The notes beneath the pieces are model-generated. The model saw only the letters and a list, made by a program, of their open reading frames with translations. It did not search any database and was not told the origin of the DNA. Source: Cyanophora paradoxa CCMP329 (lineage: Eukaryota; Plantae; Glaucophyta). From it: DNA of 48,161 nt. The position numbers were made by a program, and so were the translations under genes. Below, piece by piece: positions 22,605-35,797 of this stretch. The stretch's first letter is position 1. Each line of letters starts with the position of its first letter. Where the stretch lies: NCBI GenBank assembly GCA_004431415.1, contig QPMI01000320.1, positions 1 through 48,161 on the forward strand. Reading direction: 5' to 3'.

Positions 22605-23355
22605 GCAACGGGCGGCTCCGGATCCGGATTCGCTGGCTCTCCGGGCCGGGCGGAGGCGCAGCGGGGGGCGGCGCGGCTTGCCGGACGGAGGTGGAGGCGC
22701 AGCGGGCGACTGCCGCAGTGCGCGGCTCGGCGGGCGGAATTGAGCGCGGCGGGCGGCGGGCTGGTGGCTGGGCTCGCCGGACGCGGCGAGGGCGTGGGGC
22801 TCAGCTGTACATGTGCGCCTCGCCAGACGGAGGTGAAGGCGCGGCGGGCCCGGGGCGGCGGCACGGCTCGCTAGGCTTTCTGGGCTGGTATGCCCCTTCC
22901 ATTTCGTTTTCGCTGCCGCAGTGCTGCGAGCTATTTGCGTCTGGCGGCCCAGCCTGCAGCTGGCAGGCCTACGCATGGCAAGCGGTACTACGGTAGCTGC
23001 AGCTGCAGGACACTCAGATAGCTTTACGAAGTTAGATTGTCGTTGTTAATTATAATCAAGACCCGGTGACCCCTGAGACCGCCGGGCGCGGATGGGCTGG
23101 TTCAATTGCAATTGAACCGTTGAACGGCAATATGCATGCACAACCTGAGTCGTACCGTACGCGTCGATCGACCGCGCGGCGCGCGCCGGCCCGCCACCTT
23201 TAGCTAGGGCCTAGGTCCGGGGCACAAGTGAGCAGGCGGCTGCATGGCGGCTGCAGGGGACCTCATGATCAGGGCCTCAAAGACAGGTGCATGCCCTTCG
23301 ACAGCGGGTTGCAGGAGAGGGCGGGGTCGGGGGGTGGGAAGGGGGGGAGGAGGGG

Positions 23356-25413
23356 TCACATGTGGAAGAGCTCGGAGCGCGGGCCGTCGCGGCCGGAGAC
23401 GAGGCGGCCGGCGTCCGAGGCGTGCGCGCCGCCCCGCCCCCGCCCGCCCGCCCCCCGCCCTCGGGGCCGGCGGCGGGCCCCTCGGGCCCTCGGGTCGAGG
23501 ATGAACTCGACGCCCTCGTCGGCGTCCATCTGGGAGCGGTTGAAGCCGCCGCCCCGCCGCCCGCCCCCGCCGGCCTCCTCCCCGCCCCGCTCCCACCGCG
23601 CCCCGCCCGCCGCCGCCGCCGCCGCACCGCCACGAAGACCGCCGCCCCCGCCACGCCGGCCGCCACCAGCACCGCCGCCGCGATCCCCACCCCGCCCCCG
23701 CGCTCAGCCGGGCTCGCCCGCGGCCCCGCTGCGGCGCCGCCGCGTCAGGCGGGCGGGTGCCGGCGGGCGGGGCGGAGGGGCGCGGACGGCGGGGACGGTG
23801 GCGCCGATGACGAGGCCCCCGACGGGGACCCCGAGGCGGTCCTCCAGCCGCTCCAGCGGCCCCTCCAGCGCCCCCAGCTGCCCCGCGTCAGCCCGGCGGG
23901 GCGGCGGGACGGAGGGTGGGTGCGGTGGGGCCCGACCCGGGTGCGGATGGCGGCGGCGCTCTGCTCGAAGATGGCGGGCAGCACGAGGAAGCGCACCCGC
24001 ACCGAGGCCGCCGCCGCCTCCCGCAGCCGGCGGGCCCCGGGGGCGGGGCTCGGGGAGGGCGGGAGGGGCCCGCCGGGGGCGAAGGAGAAGGCGGTGAGGC
24101 GGGCGGCGGGGAAGGTCTCCAGCGCCTCCGACACGTACACTGCGCCCGCCTCAGCGGCCCTGCGGGGGCGCCTCGGGCGGGGCGGGGCGGGGCGGGCGGG
24201 CCGGCGAAGAGGCGGAGCTCGGTGTCGTCGGGGGCGGCGGCGGGCCCCGGCAGCGCCTCCGAGGGGCCGTACGCGAAGGAGACCTCGAGGGCCTCCGCGG
24301 GCACGAAGACCGCCACCGCCGCCTCCCCGCTCGCCCCCTCCCCGTCCGTCCCCGTCACGTTCGCCCGCAGCACGCCTGCCGCGCGTGAGCGCCGGCGGCG
24401 GGGCGCGGGGCGGTTGTGCGGACCGCCGTAGAGGCGGGAGAAGGCGATCTTGGGGCCGCGCTCGTCGGCGAGCGGGGCGGGGAGGGCGCGGGCGGAGGGG
24501 GCCGGCTCCCAGGCCCACGACCAGGCCCAGCGGGCGACGGGCCGCCCGGTGTCGGCGTCCACCGAGCCCGACGCGTCCAGCGTCACCGCCTCGTCCGCCA
24601 GCCCCAGCACCACGGGCGCCTGCGAGAGGCGCACCTCCGGCGCCCGGTTCTCCACGCTCATGTAGAAGGTCACCCCGATCTCCGCCCACGTCCCGTCGTT
24701 GCTCCCTGCCGCCCCGGCCCCTCAGCCGCGCCCCCGGTGCCCGGCGGGGATGCGGGGCGTGGGCGGACGGATGGTGAGGTTCGTGCGGTAGTTGCCGACG
24801 GCGCTGAAGGCCTCGCCCTGGAGCCCGGGGGTCACCGTGACCGTGATCTGGTCCACCCATCCGGGCTGCACCGTGCTGTCCGGCGGCAGCACCCGCAGCC
24901 AGGTCGCCGCCGGGTCCACGTGCGTCGTGAAGAGTAACGGCGCGCTCCCTGCGGGGCCCTCAGCTGCAGGCCGGCGCGTCGCGCGGGGCGGGGGCGGCGG
25001 GCCCGTGTTGGATACGGAGATGACGCGCTGCGAGGCTGAGCGGCGGTAAGCGATGACCTCGTACTCCAGATCCGAGGGGCTCAGAACGATTCGCGGGCCG
25101 CTCTCCTCTGGCTGCGGAGGGCTCGGCGGCGGCGTGGGAAGGGCCGCGGCGACGGTCGTCGGGGACGGCGAGGGCGTGTATGCCGCTGCAGGAGCTGCCT
25201 CCGCTGGGGTCGGTGATGGCGCGAGGCCATCAGGCGCGGCGGTGGGCGCCGCTTCGGGCGCGGCACTGGGCGTGGGGTCCTCCGCTGCAGCGTGCACGTG
25301 TTCAGGGGCAAGTGGCTGTTAAAGGCGCGAGCAATTGCACCAGAAGCGTGCAGAACCAATTGCAGCAGCAGCAGCCACGCGCCTAGGGCGGCCGAACCGC
25401 GCCGGCGCCGCAT
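23356..25413 (-). CDS. Type I membrane protein: signal peptide, Pro/Thr linker, Ig-like and PKD-like domains, TM helix
   Basis: MRRRRGSAALGAWLLLLQLVLHAS|AEDP; ISVSNTG|SAPLLF...WLRVLP...ITVTVT; NRAP...VTLDASGSVDADTGRPVARWAW (PKD-like); TM GIAAAVLVAAGVAGAAVFVAV followed by RRRRRR. Confidence 0.75.
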
Positions 25414-25800
25414 TGCAGCCGGGCCGCGCAAGGGGCGCGAGCCCGAGAGACGGGTCAAACCGACGAACGCCTACTGAACGTCAACGCGCTGGCCTGAAGC
25501 GTGCGGTCCCGCACGGCTGCGGCGTGCGGAAGCGTGGACGAACCACCAGAGCCAGGTGCTCGGGGATGAAGTGCTCGCTGCTGCTGGCTTCAAGCGCTAG
25601 TGCGCTCCGAGGGCCCAGTTGTGAGAATCGAACTTTCGCGCGGTACGAACTAATGCTCCCCTGCAGAGTGGAGCGCGCGGTCGGAGCTCGAGGGTCCAGC
25701 CCAGTTGCAAACTGGCCTATGGCGACCGCTGCCCCACACGAAACACCAGGGCCCACGCCGCCACACGGATTCAAGCGAAATGAACGTATTCAACGGCTCG

Positions 25801-27355
25801 CTAGCGCCCGCGGCGCATGCGGGCGGCCGCGGCAGCCAGGGGGTCGTCGTCCTCCTCCTCGAGGGCTTGCACCGCCGCTGGCGCCGCGGCCGCCGGCCTG
25901 GCCGCAGCTGCAGGCGCCGGCGCCCGCGCAGGCCTGGCGGCCTGGGCGGCGCAGCGGGGTGCGCGGGGCGGGCGCAGCGGGTCGTGGCGGAGCAGGGCGG
26001 CGGGCTGAGGGCGGGCTTGGGGCGGGGGCGGCGCCGGGGCGGGGCTTTGGGTGCGAGGCGGCGGCGGCTTGGGCGAGGGGGTCGTGGCCCTCCCCCTCGT
26101 CCCCGGCGGGGGCGGCGGGGCGGGCGGGCGGGGGCGCGCGGGGCGGCCGCCTGCGCGGGGGCGATGCCGCGGAAGGCGGCGGTGAGCTTGCGCGCCGCCG
26201 CCTCCCGCTCGCCAGGCACCGCCCCTGCCCCACGCCCGTCAGCCCGCCGAGCCGACCCTCCGGCGCGAGCGGGTCGCACCGGCCGCCTTGGCGCGCTCCC
26301 GCGCCGCCTCGGGGGTATGGCCTCCGGTGCCGGCCGGTGCTCCCGCGAGGGCCGCCCCGCGGGGCCGGGGCGGGGGCGGGCTCCTCGCGCTCCGCGGCGT
26401 GCACGTGGCGCGTGCCGTCCTTGCCCACCTCGATGCGCAGCGAGCCGATCGCCGGCATCCCCGGCGGGTGCGCCTGCCCCCCGCCGTCACGGCTGGCCCG
26501 GGGCGGCGGGAGGGCGGGCGCGGGGCGGGGGCGCACCACGCGCATCCAGTCGCCGTCGCCGTCGCCGTCGCCGTCCGTGGCGGGGGCGGCTGCCTGGCGC
26601 TCGAGCCGCTTGCGGTTGAGAATCTCGCGCGCGTCCAGCGCCGCCCCGCCCCGCCGCTCCGCCTCCGCCGCCGCCTCCTCCGCCGCCGCCGCTGCCGCCG
26701 CCGAGGCGCGCTTCTGCCTTATCAGCTCCCGCGCGTCCACCTCCCCGCCCCCCGACGCCCGCCCCGAAGACCTCCGCATTTCCGCCCCCGCTTCCGCCGC
26801 CCCGCCGCTGGGCCGCTGCGCGTGCGCCGGCGCCGGCTCCTCCCTCGCTGGGGCGCGCTGCGGGCCCCTGCCGGCGCGCTGGGGCGGCTGCTGGGGCTCG
26901 TCCTCCACCACTTCCTCCCAGCCTTCGTCGTCATCCTCTTCCTCCTCCTCGTCGCGCGACCGGCCGCCGCGGCCCCGCGCTGTTGTCCGCGCCCCGCCGC
27001 GGCCGGCCTTGACCCCGACGCGCACGCCCGTCTTCGCCGCAGCCGCCCGCACGCCGCCCGCCTTTGCGGCCGTCGAATTCGGCTTCCCGTCCGTTTTCGC
27101 CTCGCCGGCCTGTGTGGAGACGGGCCCGAAGGCCTCCTGCAAGCGGATCGGCCGATCGAAACCGCGGCGGAAGAGGCTAGCTACGCTCCCGCGGCGCGTC
27201 TAGAACGAAGAAGCAAAGCGGGCAGCTGGCGTTCCGGGAATCCCAAACGTACGCACCAAGAACTTCTCGTCCGGCACGAAAGCCTCGTCATCGTCAGCCC
27301 AGCTCTTCCGGTTGTTCGCTCCTTCCGCACCGCCGGACTCCGCGGCGTCCGCCAT
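25801..27355 (-). CDS. Low-complexity charged protein of unknown function
   Basis: MADAAESGGAEGANNRKSWADDDE..., an acidic tract EEEEEDDDEGWEEV, two DAREL/DAREI motifs, and a C-terminal LEEEDDDPLAAAAARMRRGR*. Introns are host-type. Confidence 0.55.
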
Positions 27356-27472
27356 GGCGCGGATTTGCGGCAACGCAGTTCGCGCCTCTACCCCTCAAAC
27401 TCCCTGCGGCGCCTGCGCTCAGCGGCTTCGCTCGTCAGCGCACATCGCAAACATTCAACGCGGCAGCGAACG

Positions 27473-29183
27473 ATGAATCGAATCGAGCGCTTCATGCGCC
27501 ACGTACGCGCGCTTTTGCGTCCGCGCGGCCGCTCTCACAGCCGCGCAGACGGACGGCCGGTTCTCGCCCCTGACGGTCTACTCGGGCTTTCAGAGGACTC
27601 GCGGCACCCCTTCGCCCAGCCTCATCGTTCGATCGAGCCCGAGCCCCGCAGGCGCGCTGCGTCGGGCGAACGCCCTCCAACGGCGCTGCGCGGCGCAGGC
27701 GCGGCGCTCCTTGAGGCGCGCGGCACGCAGAGTTTGCGCCCCTCGGTGATCCAGGTGAGGAGGAGATCGCAGTGGACGACGAGCGCATTGAGCGCGCCAT
27801 CGCCTCTGCAATGCTCCGTGTTCGCGCGCTCGCTCGCTCTTTCTCGTCGCGATCGCGCATTTGAGGAACGAGTGGCAGGTTGAGAAGGACAGCGAGCCGA
27901 CGAACGACGTTGCAATTTTGGTCGACAACAGGTCCGGTCTCTGCGGCCGCAGCGGAGCGCACTCACGGCTCAAAAAAAAAATTTGCTCGGATAGGTCCGG
28001 CCAGGCAGGGAGAGCGCACTCACGGCTCGCGGCAGCGTGGGGATGGAGGGCCTCCCGATGCTTGGCGTGGGCGCTGGCGTTCGCGTGCTCCTCGAGAACC
28101 TCAAGGTCGCCGCACCTCGCGATCGCATCGAATCCCCCCGCGCGCGGCGCGGCCCAACAGCGGTGGACCGCGCGCAGGGCGAGCACGACCGCATCGCAGT
28201 GAACTCGTTCGGCTCCGCGGTCCGCCCGTGGCCGCCCTTCAAGGCGCGGCTCCCGGCCCCGCCCGCCACCCCGGCGCCCCGGCGGGTGCGTGACGGGCGT
28301 GCAGCGGGCGGGGGAGGTGGACCTGTGGGAGGACGTGGAGGGGAAGCTGCCGGCGACGGAGCACTCAGCGCGGCTCTTCGACGCCCTGGCGGGGGCGCTG
28401 GCGCACTTCGCGGGGGCGGGGCGGCACCCGGAGGCGCGCCTGCTGCTGCTCGTGGCCTCGCACGGCGCCGACGTCGACTCGGGCGACGCCGACGCCGACC
28501 TCGTCCGCGACCTCCTCCGCCGCGCCGAGGCCGCCATCCCCCACTTCGCCCTCCGCCTCCTCGTCATCGCCGAGGGCGACCAGCCGGCCCGCCCCGCCCC
28601 GCCCCGCCCCGCCCTGGACGGGCCCGGGGGGGCCTGAGGCGGAGGCAGGGGCGGGGGGCGGCGCCGCGCCTGCTGGACGCTGTGCTCGCCTCCCTCGCCG
28701 ACCTCGCCCTCCACGAGGACCCCGACGCGCCTCAGGAGGCCCCGCCGCCTCCAGCCGCCCCACCGAGCCCCAGCCCGAGCCCCAGCCCGAGCCCGAGCTC
28801 GAGCCCGAGCCGGAGGCCGAGGCGGAGGCGGAGCTGGGGGCCGGTGCGCGCCGCCGCCGCCGCTCCTCCGCCGTCTTCGCCCCCGTGCGCGCCGTGCACC
28901 GGGCGCCCCCCGGCGCGGGGCGGGAGCGAGTGGGGAGAGGGCGCAGGGGGCGCTGCCGGCGGCGACGCGGCTGGTGCCGGTGGAGTCGAGCCTGCTGGTG
29001 CCCGTGGCGCCCCGCGTGGCCGCCGTGCGCGCCGCCTTCGCCGCCCTCGCGCCCCTCCTCGACACCGCCCGCGCCGCCGTCGCCGCCGCCCGCGCCGCCG
29101 CCGCCGCCGCCGGCAAGGGCGGCCCCGTGGCCCCGGCCGAGGCCGAGGGGGAGGCCCCCCACGAGAAGGCCGTCGAAGAGTGA
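27473..29183 (+). CDS. Degenerate von Willebrand A domain protein
   Basis: DVAILVDN|SVGM, DRIAVNSF, RLFDALAGAL, LLLLVASHGAD and LRLLVI follow the vWA strand/helix order. Confidence 0.6.
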
Positions 29184-29501
29184 TCCCCGCCCCGTCCCAC
29201 GCGAACCGGCCGGCCCCCCGCCCAGCGCATCGGACGCGAGCTCTGTTCTGTACACGGTTCACTGCCCTTCAAACTCTTTACAACGCTGGGCAGCTGCATA
29301 ACTGTGGCATCGATCACGCCCTCGAGAGGGCCACGATCAAGTTAGAGCACTAAGGCGCTAAGGGTGAGGTTGAAGGAGGGAGGTTGAAACGAAAGGTTCT
29401 GTTGAAAGTGCGGGTTCTAGCTATACATCTGCCCAGAAAGAAGGGGCGCTCGAGAGGCGCGGAGGAGGGTCCACGGCGGCGAGCCCGGGGCGGGGCGGGG
29501 C

Positions 29502-32500
29502 TCACATCATCCAGAACTCGGTGCAGCCCTGGCCGCGGCGGGGGCGCCGGGCGAGGAGGGAGTCCCCCTCGGCGGGCCCCGCCGCCCCCGGGGGCGCGCC
29601 CTCCCCCTTCCGCTTCCTCCCCCGCTTCTTCGGGCCCGCCTCCGGCCCCGCCGCCTCCGCCTGGCTCGCCTCCGGCCCCGCCGCCTGGCTCGCCGCGGGC
29701 TCCGCCGCTGCCGCAGCTGGCGGCGCGGGGAGCACAGGCGAAGTCGGGGCCGGGGCGTCTGGAGGCGGGAGCTCGAGGTCCGCAACGGCAGGAGCCTCGG
29801 ACGGGGCCGGGGCATCGGGGGCCGGCGGGCGAGCGGCCAGATCGACGAGAGGAGCCAACGTCGCGGCCGGCGGGTCCGCGGCCGACGGATCCACGGCTTT
29901 TGGGGCCGCGGCCGCCGGGTCCGCGGGTGGTGGGTCCAGCTGCAGCGGGACGGCCGCCGGCTCGTCCAGAGAGACTGCGGTTGTTGTCGGAGGATCGGGG
30001 GAGGTGGGCATGGTGGGCGGAGCTGGCAGCGACGAGGGCGCCGCCGGCTCAGCCTCTGCAGCGTCGGCCGCGGCCGGCGCATCGAGAGCCGCAGCCGCGG
30101 CTACAACGGCTGCCGGCGAGCTCGCAGGAGGCGTGTCCTCGGGAGCCGCGACCGGTGGGGCGGGATCGGAGAGCTCGGGCGGGGCGGGCGCGGCGAGGAG
30201 GCCCTCCTCGCACGCCGGGGCCTCCGCGGGGGTCCCCGCAGGGCCGCCTGCGCCCTCGGCCTCCGCGTGTGTTGCGGAGGCGGGGCCAGCGCCGCGCTCT
30301 GCGGCCGGAGCTGCCTGGGCAGCGGCGGGGGCCGCCGAGGCGGGCTCCTCGGCTGCGCTCCCGTCGGAGAGCAGATCGCCGACGGCGGGAAGGTCGCCCG
30401 GTGCGGCATCGGAAGGGTCGCCGTACAACTGTGGCGGCACGACACGAGGGGCGGCGTGAGCGGTTGCAGGCGCGAGGTTGGGGCGCCGTCGCACCGGGTC
30501 GAAGCTCGAGAGGAGGGGCGGAGACGGGGGCAGGGGCGAGGGCGGGGCTCGCTGGAGGGGCGGGGCGGGGCGGAAGGGGGAGGAGTCGACGTCAGGGGAG
30601 GGCGGGGTGATGGCGAGCACGGGGGGCCTCGAGGGGCGCGGCGAGGACGGGCTCTCCCCGCCGGCCCCGCCGGGGGCCTCGCGCGGGGCGAGGGGCCCCG
30701 CGGGGCTCTCGAGGGGCGAGGAAAAGGCGAGGACGTGCACAGGGGAGGGTTCGGCGGGGCGGGGAGAGGCCCCGGGGCCCGCGCCGGCGCCGGCGCCGGC
30801 GGCCTCGGCCTCGGCGTCCTCGGGGTCGGGGTCGGCCATGACGATCTCCACCGAGGGCGAATCCCCGCCCCACCGGCCCCCCGCCCCCGCCCAGCACTCG
30901 CCCTCGCCCTCCCCGGCCCCCGCCCCCGGCGTCTCCTGCGGCGTCGCCTCGAGCACCGGCGGCCGCCTGCGCGGCGGCGTCGACTGCCCCGAGCAGCGGC
31001 AGCCGGCGAGACGGGCGCAACAGGCCCCGGGGGCGAGGAAGAGGCAGCGGGAGAGGCGGCGGGGGCGAGGTTGCCTCCGGGCTGGACGCCGCCGCCGCCT
31101 GGCTGTGCGGCGCCGCCTCCGGCGCAACGGGCGCCGGCGCAGCCGCCACCGCCGCCGCTGGAGGAGACATGGCCTCGGGTTTCGCCCGCTGCTCGCGCTC
31201 GGCCGCCGGTTGCAGCTGGCGCTGCGAGGCCGGTGGAGACTCGGTCCCCTGGAGGTCCCCCGCAGGCCGGGGCTCGGGCTGGGATGCCACCCGAGGCCGA
31301 GGCTGCGCGGGCGGCGCCGGCTGTGGCTGGGCAGCAGGCCGCCGCTGAGGCTCGGAGGGCGGTCGCGGCTGGAGTCCCGGGGCGTCCCGGGGCGGCGCCT
31401 CCGCGGCCGCCCGGGCTGAACCAGAGCGACCGGCCTGGTCGGCGGCTGCGCGGCTGCCCCCGGCTGGGACTCGGCAGCAAGCTCGACGATCGGCCGGGGG
31501 CGCGGCTCAGGGGCCGCCCGGGCCGGCGGCTCTGCTGTGCGGGCGCGGTCCGAGCTGCCGGCGGCAGCCTCCGCCAGGGGCGCCGGGGCCGCGCGCCGCA
31601 CGAACTGCAGCGTTGGCGGCGCCGTGCCACGCGGCTTCCCCGGGTCCAAGTGCTGCTTGCCGGCGCCGGCGCCCGCCCCGGAAGCCGGGGCGAGGCGGCG
31701 GCCCTCGGGTGATGGAGGGAGCTCGAGGCGCTGGCGGCCGCCGCGGCCCTGGGGAGGGGCGCCAGGGGCCCCGAGCTGCTGGCCGGCGCCGCGGGCCTCG
31801 GGAGGGCGCCAGGGGCCCGCCGGCGGCCTTCCGGCGTGGGGCGGGTTCGGCGGCCTCCGACTGCGCGCGGCCACCGCCGTTCCGACTGCGCGCTGCGCGG
31901 CGGCCATCAGGCAGCGCCCCGCCGGGACGCTCCGCGGCACTTACACCAGCGCGACTGGGAGAGGCTCGGTGCCGCCTGCGCCCGCCCGGAGGCTCCTGCG
32001 GCGGGTCGTGAGGTGCGGCGGGGCGATGCTCGAGGGGCCGGCGGGAGGCGGCCGCACCGGAGCGCCGTGAGGCGGCGCTTGAGACGCTCTCCTGCGACGA
32101 CGAGGCCTCCTGCGACGAGCTCGGCACCTCCTCGGCGTCCCTCGCCGCCCGCGGCCGCCCCTCAGCCCGCGGCTCCGGGCTCCGCCCCTTGGCGGCCCGC
32201 GCCGGTGCGCGGGGGTCGTGCATGCCAGCAGCGGCGGACTTCTCGCCGGCGGCTGCGGGGATCGTCGACGAGGGGCGCTCTCTCAAGGAGGAGGCGCGGC
32301 CGCCGGAGTCGGGCGGCGCCGGGGAGACCATGAGAAAGGAGGGCGGGCGGGAGAGGGGCGTGCGCGGGCTCACGCCCGCCCGATCGTCGCCCGAGGCCAG
32401 CGCCGCCGGGGAGGCGCCCTCCCGGGCCCGCTTCAAGGGGCGGGACGCCGACGCGTCGGGCCCCTCCCTCTCGCCATGTGCTCCAAGCTCGGCGCCGGCC

Positions 32501-33689
32501 GCCACAGCCGCCTCGAGAGCGCAGACGCGCGGCCGCGAGCGAAGTCGCTGCGCTTCGGAGGTGAGCGATGCGCCGCGGGCGCCCCGCGCGCGAGGCACGC
32601 ACCGCGCCGTCTGCGCCCGACCCGGGCGCTCCCGTCGAGCCGGCGCTGCCCCCGCTCTGCGGCGTCCGCCCCTCGTGCGTGCTCGGGGTCCTCGGCGTGC
32701 GCCGCTCCGGCCACGCGAGCAGGTGCAACGGCTGCCTCGCCACGTGAGCACGAAAGAAGCTCGCGCAGACGCCGGCCGGCCATGGGACCGGTGCTTACCG
32801 AGCAGCGACGAGCAATGGCGGCGGCGCGTGCGGCGGCCCGCAGCAGGAGGAGCTGCTTGATAGCAGCACGGCGCAGGATCAGGGCACGCAACGCCGACGC
32901 CGCATTCCGGAGCAGCTTCCGTCTTCGCCGCGCAAGAAGCCCCCGGACAGACGCCTGCAGTCGGATCGCGGCCAGCGAGTGCAGCTTCCTCCTCGCGAGA
33001 TGCATGCGAACTGCTGTCTGCAAGCAGACCGCCGCTGCATGCTGCTTCCGGCGCTCGCGGCGAAGGCGGAACCGCCGCTGGCACTCCAGGACGCCGCGAC
33101 GAACGACAGCGAAGAAGCGTTTTGCGTTATGCGAGCGCCAGATCGCGTGGATTTTGATCGAAGCGGCCGTCCGCTCGCTTGCCTTTGTCTGCGCACGAGC
33201 GGGCGTCAAGCAGGGCCGCACAGCAATTCGAGAGCGGAGCACACACCCTGCTCTCGATCAGGGAAAGCTCAAATATGGACAGCTGAGCGTGCTGCTTCTC
33301 CAGGCGCCGAAGGGATTCGACCGCCTGTCGCACCGACTGGCGCACCGCCTCCAGCTCCGCCTCGCGGGAGCGCCGGCTGCTCTTGACGTGAGCACATGAC
33401 CACAAAATGCACGCGAACGCGTGCAATCGCACCGCTCGTCGAGATCGGTAACCGGATCAATTCTCGCGCGCGCTGAACGAGCGCTCCCGGGCCGCCACAC
33501 AGTGCCGCAGGGCTTCCAAGGGGATTCCAGCGGAATTGAAGCGGGCCTTGGAGCCGATTCGGACTGCGACGAGGAGCGGAGCAATGGTGAGCGGGGAGTT
33601 CGACAATTTGATTTCGAGCGAACCCGCATCCTCGAGGCGGAGAACGCTCCGCCCGGGCCTCCGGTGCCCTTGAAGGCCGCAGCGAACAT
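29502..33689 (-). CDS. IQ-motif protein with a long Pro/Ala-rich disordered C-terminus
   Basis: ASIKIHAIWRSHNAKR, AAVCLQTAVRMHLARR and AAIRLQASVRGLLARR. The C-terminus has PKKRGRKRK and ends ...EFWMM*. Start and exon structure are approximate. Confidence 0.65.
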
Positions 33690-33951
33690 GCCTCCACCCT
33701 GTGCAGGCGTAAATCGCTCGGATTGAGGTGCGCTCCGAGCGAACCTCGGGGAGCCCCGGCGGCGTGGGAAACACGAGCAAGTGCGCGTCCGCATTCCTCC
33801 TTGCGACGAACGACACCCCGAAATCGCCTCCCGGGGCCATCCGGCCCGAGTTTGTGTCTCGTTTCAATTCGATATCGATACCCCTGTCGCGAGGGGCCTG
33901 GGGCCTTTTGCCGGCTTCCGCAGCGTCAATCAGGGGGCGTGGAGGGCGTCG

Positions 33952-35797
33952 ATGGACGCCGAGGCAGCTATTGCCAAGTTCAAAGGTGCGCGTACGCGCG
34001 CCTTCCCGGCGCGATCCGTTCGGCTCATGCACGGCTTTCCCAGCGCGCATCCTGAAGAAGAAAGCGTCGGAGAGTGAATCCGATCGCACGCGCGCCCCGC
34101 AGCGGCAGACTCCGCTCGAGCCTCCCAGCGTCCCGAGCGCCAGCGCGAGCTCTGCGCCGCTGCTCAACGATGACGCGCTCCTTCGCGCCGCGTTCGGGCA
34201 CGAGCGTTCGGGCACGAACTCGTCCGCTTCAGGGCCCAGCAAAGGCCGCGAGGTGCACCAGGAGGCGATGAGCCGCTTCCGGCGGCCGGCGCGCGAGGAC
34301 AGTCTCCTCGCCGACGTGCTTGACCATCGCGGCGGTCTCGCTGCGGGGCTCGCGGCGACAGTCGGGCCTGCGAAGCGGGGCCTCGCGGACCCCCTCCTCG
34401 ACTCGTCGGGCATCTTTGTGAGGGCTCCCCGGGCCCCCGCATTCTCTCGTGCCGCGCCGCCGACGCCGGGCGCAGAAGAAGGGGAAGAGGTCGATGGGGG
34501 CGAAGGAGGCGGTGGAGTCTCTGTCGCGCGCCGCCTTCTCCGAGCTCGACTTCTTCCTCTGCGGCCGCGGCCCCGGCCCGGGCCCCGCCTCCACCCCGCC
34601 CCCTCCCGGCGCTCCGCGCGCAGCCTCCCCCGAGCAGCAGCCGCATCCGGGCGGCCCGGTCTCCTCCCAAGCGCCCGCCGCCAAGAGCGCACCCGAGGGC
34701 GCGGGGCCGGCGTCCTCCAACACCGGTACAGGCGCTCTTCTGCAGCTGTGCCCTGTCGCGCGCGCGCCTGCTCCTGCGTGCTGAGGGCGCGTGGCGCTGG
34801 CGCAGGCGTGCGGGGGAGCGGGCCGGCGCCGGCTCCGGGACGGGAGGCCGGCGGGGTGCACGAGAGGGCGGAGTCGCCCGAGCGGCCTCCCGCCGCCTCC
34901 GAAGGCGAGCACGCCGCCGCGTGCGCCCCCCGTCCCCGCCCCCGGCGGCGCCGCGCGACGCCCCGGGCAGGGCGGGGCGGGGGTGGAGACGCTCTCGCCG
35001 GAGTGGGTCCCCGCGACGCGCCTCGCGCAGCAGGCCGCCGACAGCGTCTGCCTCCGCCAGCTCCTCCGCGATGGTCCGGATCCCCGCCTGCCCGCCCCGC
35101 CCGGCCCACCCCCGCCGCCCCGGAGCGACGCGTACGAGCTCGAGGCGGGCGCGCGGGGCAGCGGAGGCGGCGGGGGCGGGCCTGCAGGAGGAGTGTGCGG
35201 CGGGGCGCCGGGCGGGGAGATGGTCGCGCAGGCCGCCCGCGTGCGCCCCCACGCGCGGCCCGCCCCCGCCGCCGGGGCGACGCTGGGCGCAGGCGGCGGA
35301 GCTGCTCTCCGCGATGGTCGAGTTGACCTTCTGCGAGGCGCGCCCCGCCGGCCCCGCCCGCCCTATCCCCGCCTCTGAGACGCGCCGCAGGGGGCGGAGG
35401 GGGCGGAGGAGGCGCTCGAGGAGGGGTTTGAGGAGGAGGAGGCGGGGCGCGGGGAGGAGCCCTTTGAGCGCGACTGGGGCGGGGCGGGGGCGGAGGGGGC
35501 GGAGGGGTGGGCCTCGGGCCGCCGGGGAGGCGCCCCGCGAGCCCGCCTTCCCTGTTCTTGCAGCCGGCCCGGGGCCCTCCCCTGGCCCCTTTCCCCAGCC
35601 CCGCCCTCCCCCCGCCCCCCGCCCGCCCCGGCCCCGCCCGGAGCTTCAGCGCCCACGCGGGGGCCTCCTGGAGGCCGGCGCCGGGCCGAGGGCCCCGGGG
35701 AGCGGGCGGCGGGCCCGAGTGGCCCCCGCTGGAGTCCCCGCGCCGCGGCCACTCCGCCCCGAAGCTCTCCCCGCAGCGTTTCCTCCGCTCATCATGA
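33952..35797 (+). CDS. Protein of unknown function, multi-exon
   Basis: MDAEAAIAKFK|ARILKKKASES...DSSGIF|KKGKRSMGAKEAVESLSRAAFSELDFFL...AAELLSAMVELTFCE|GAEGAEEALEE... The last exon needs a homopolymer correction suggested by the duplicate copy. Confidence 0.55.

Noticed and set aside
21876-23000. A gene between the right IR and the membrane-protein gene
   Set aside because: No consistent exon chain or recognisable motif could be assembled.
25335-33400. Very long Arg/Gly/Pro/Ala-rich ORFs in the six-frame track
   Set aside because: They are shadow or antisense frames caused by stop-codon scarcity at extreme GC. Spliced models on one strand explain the region.
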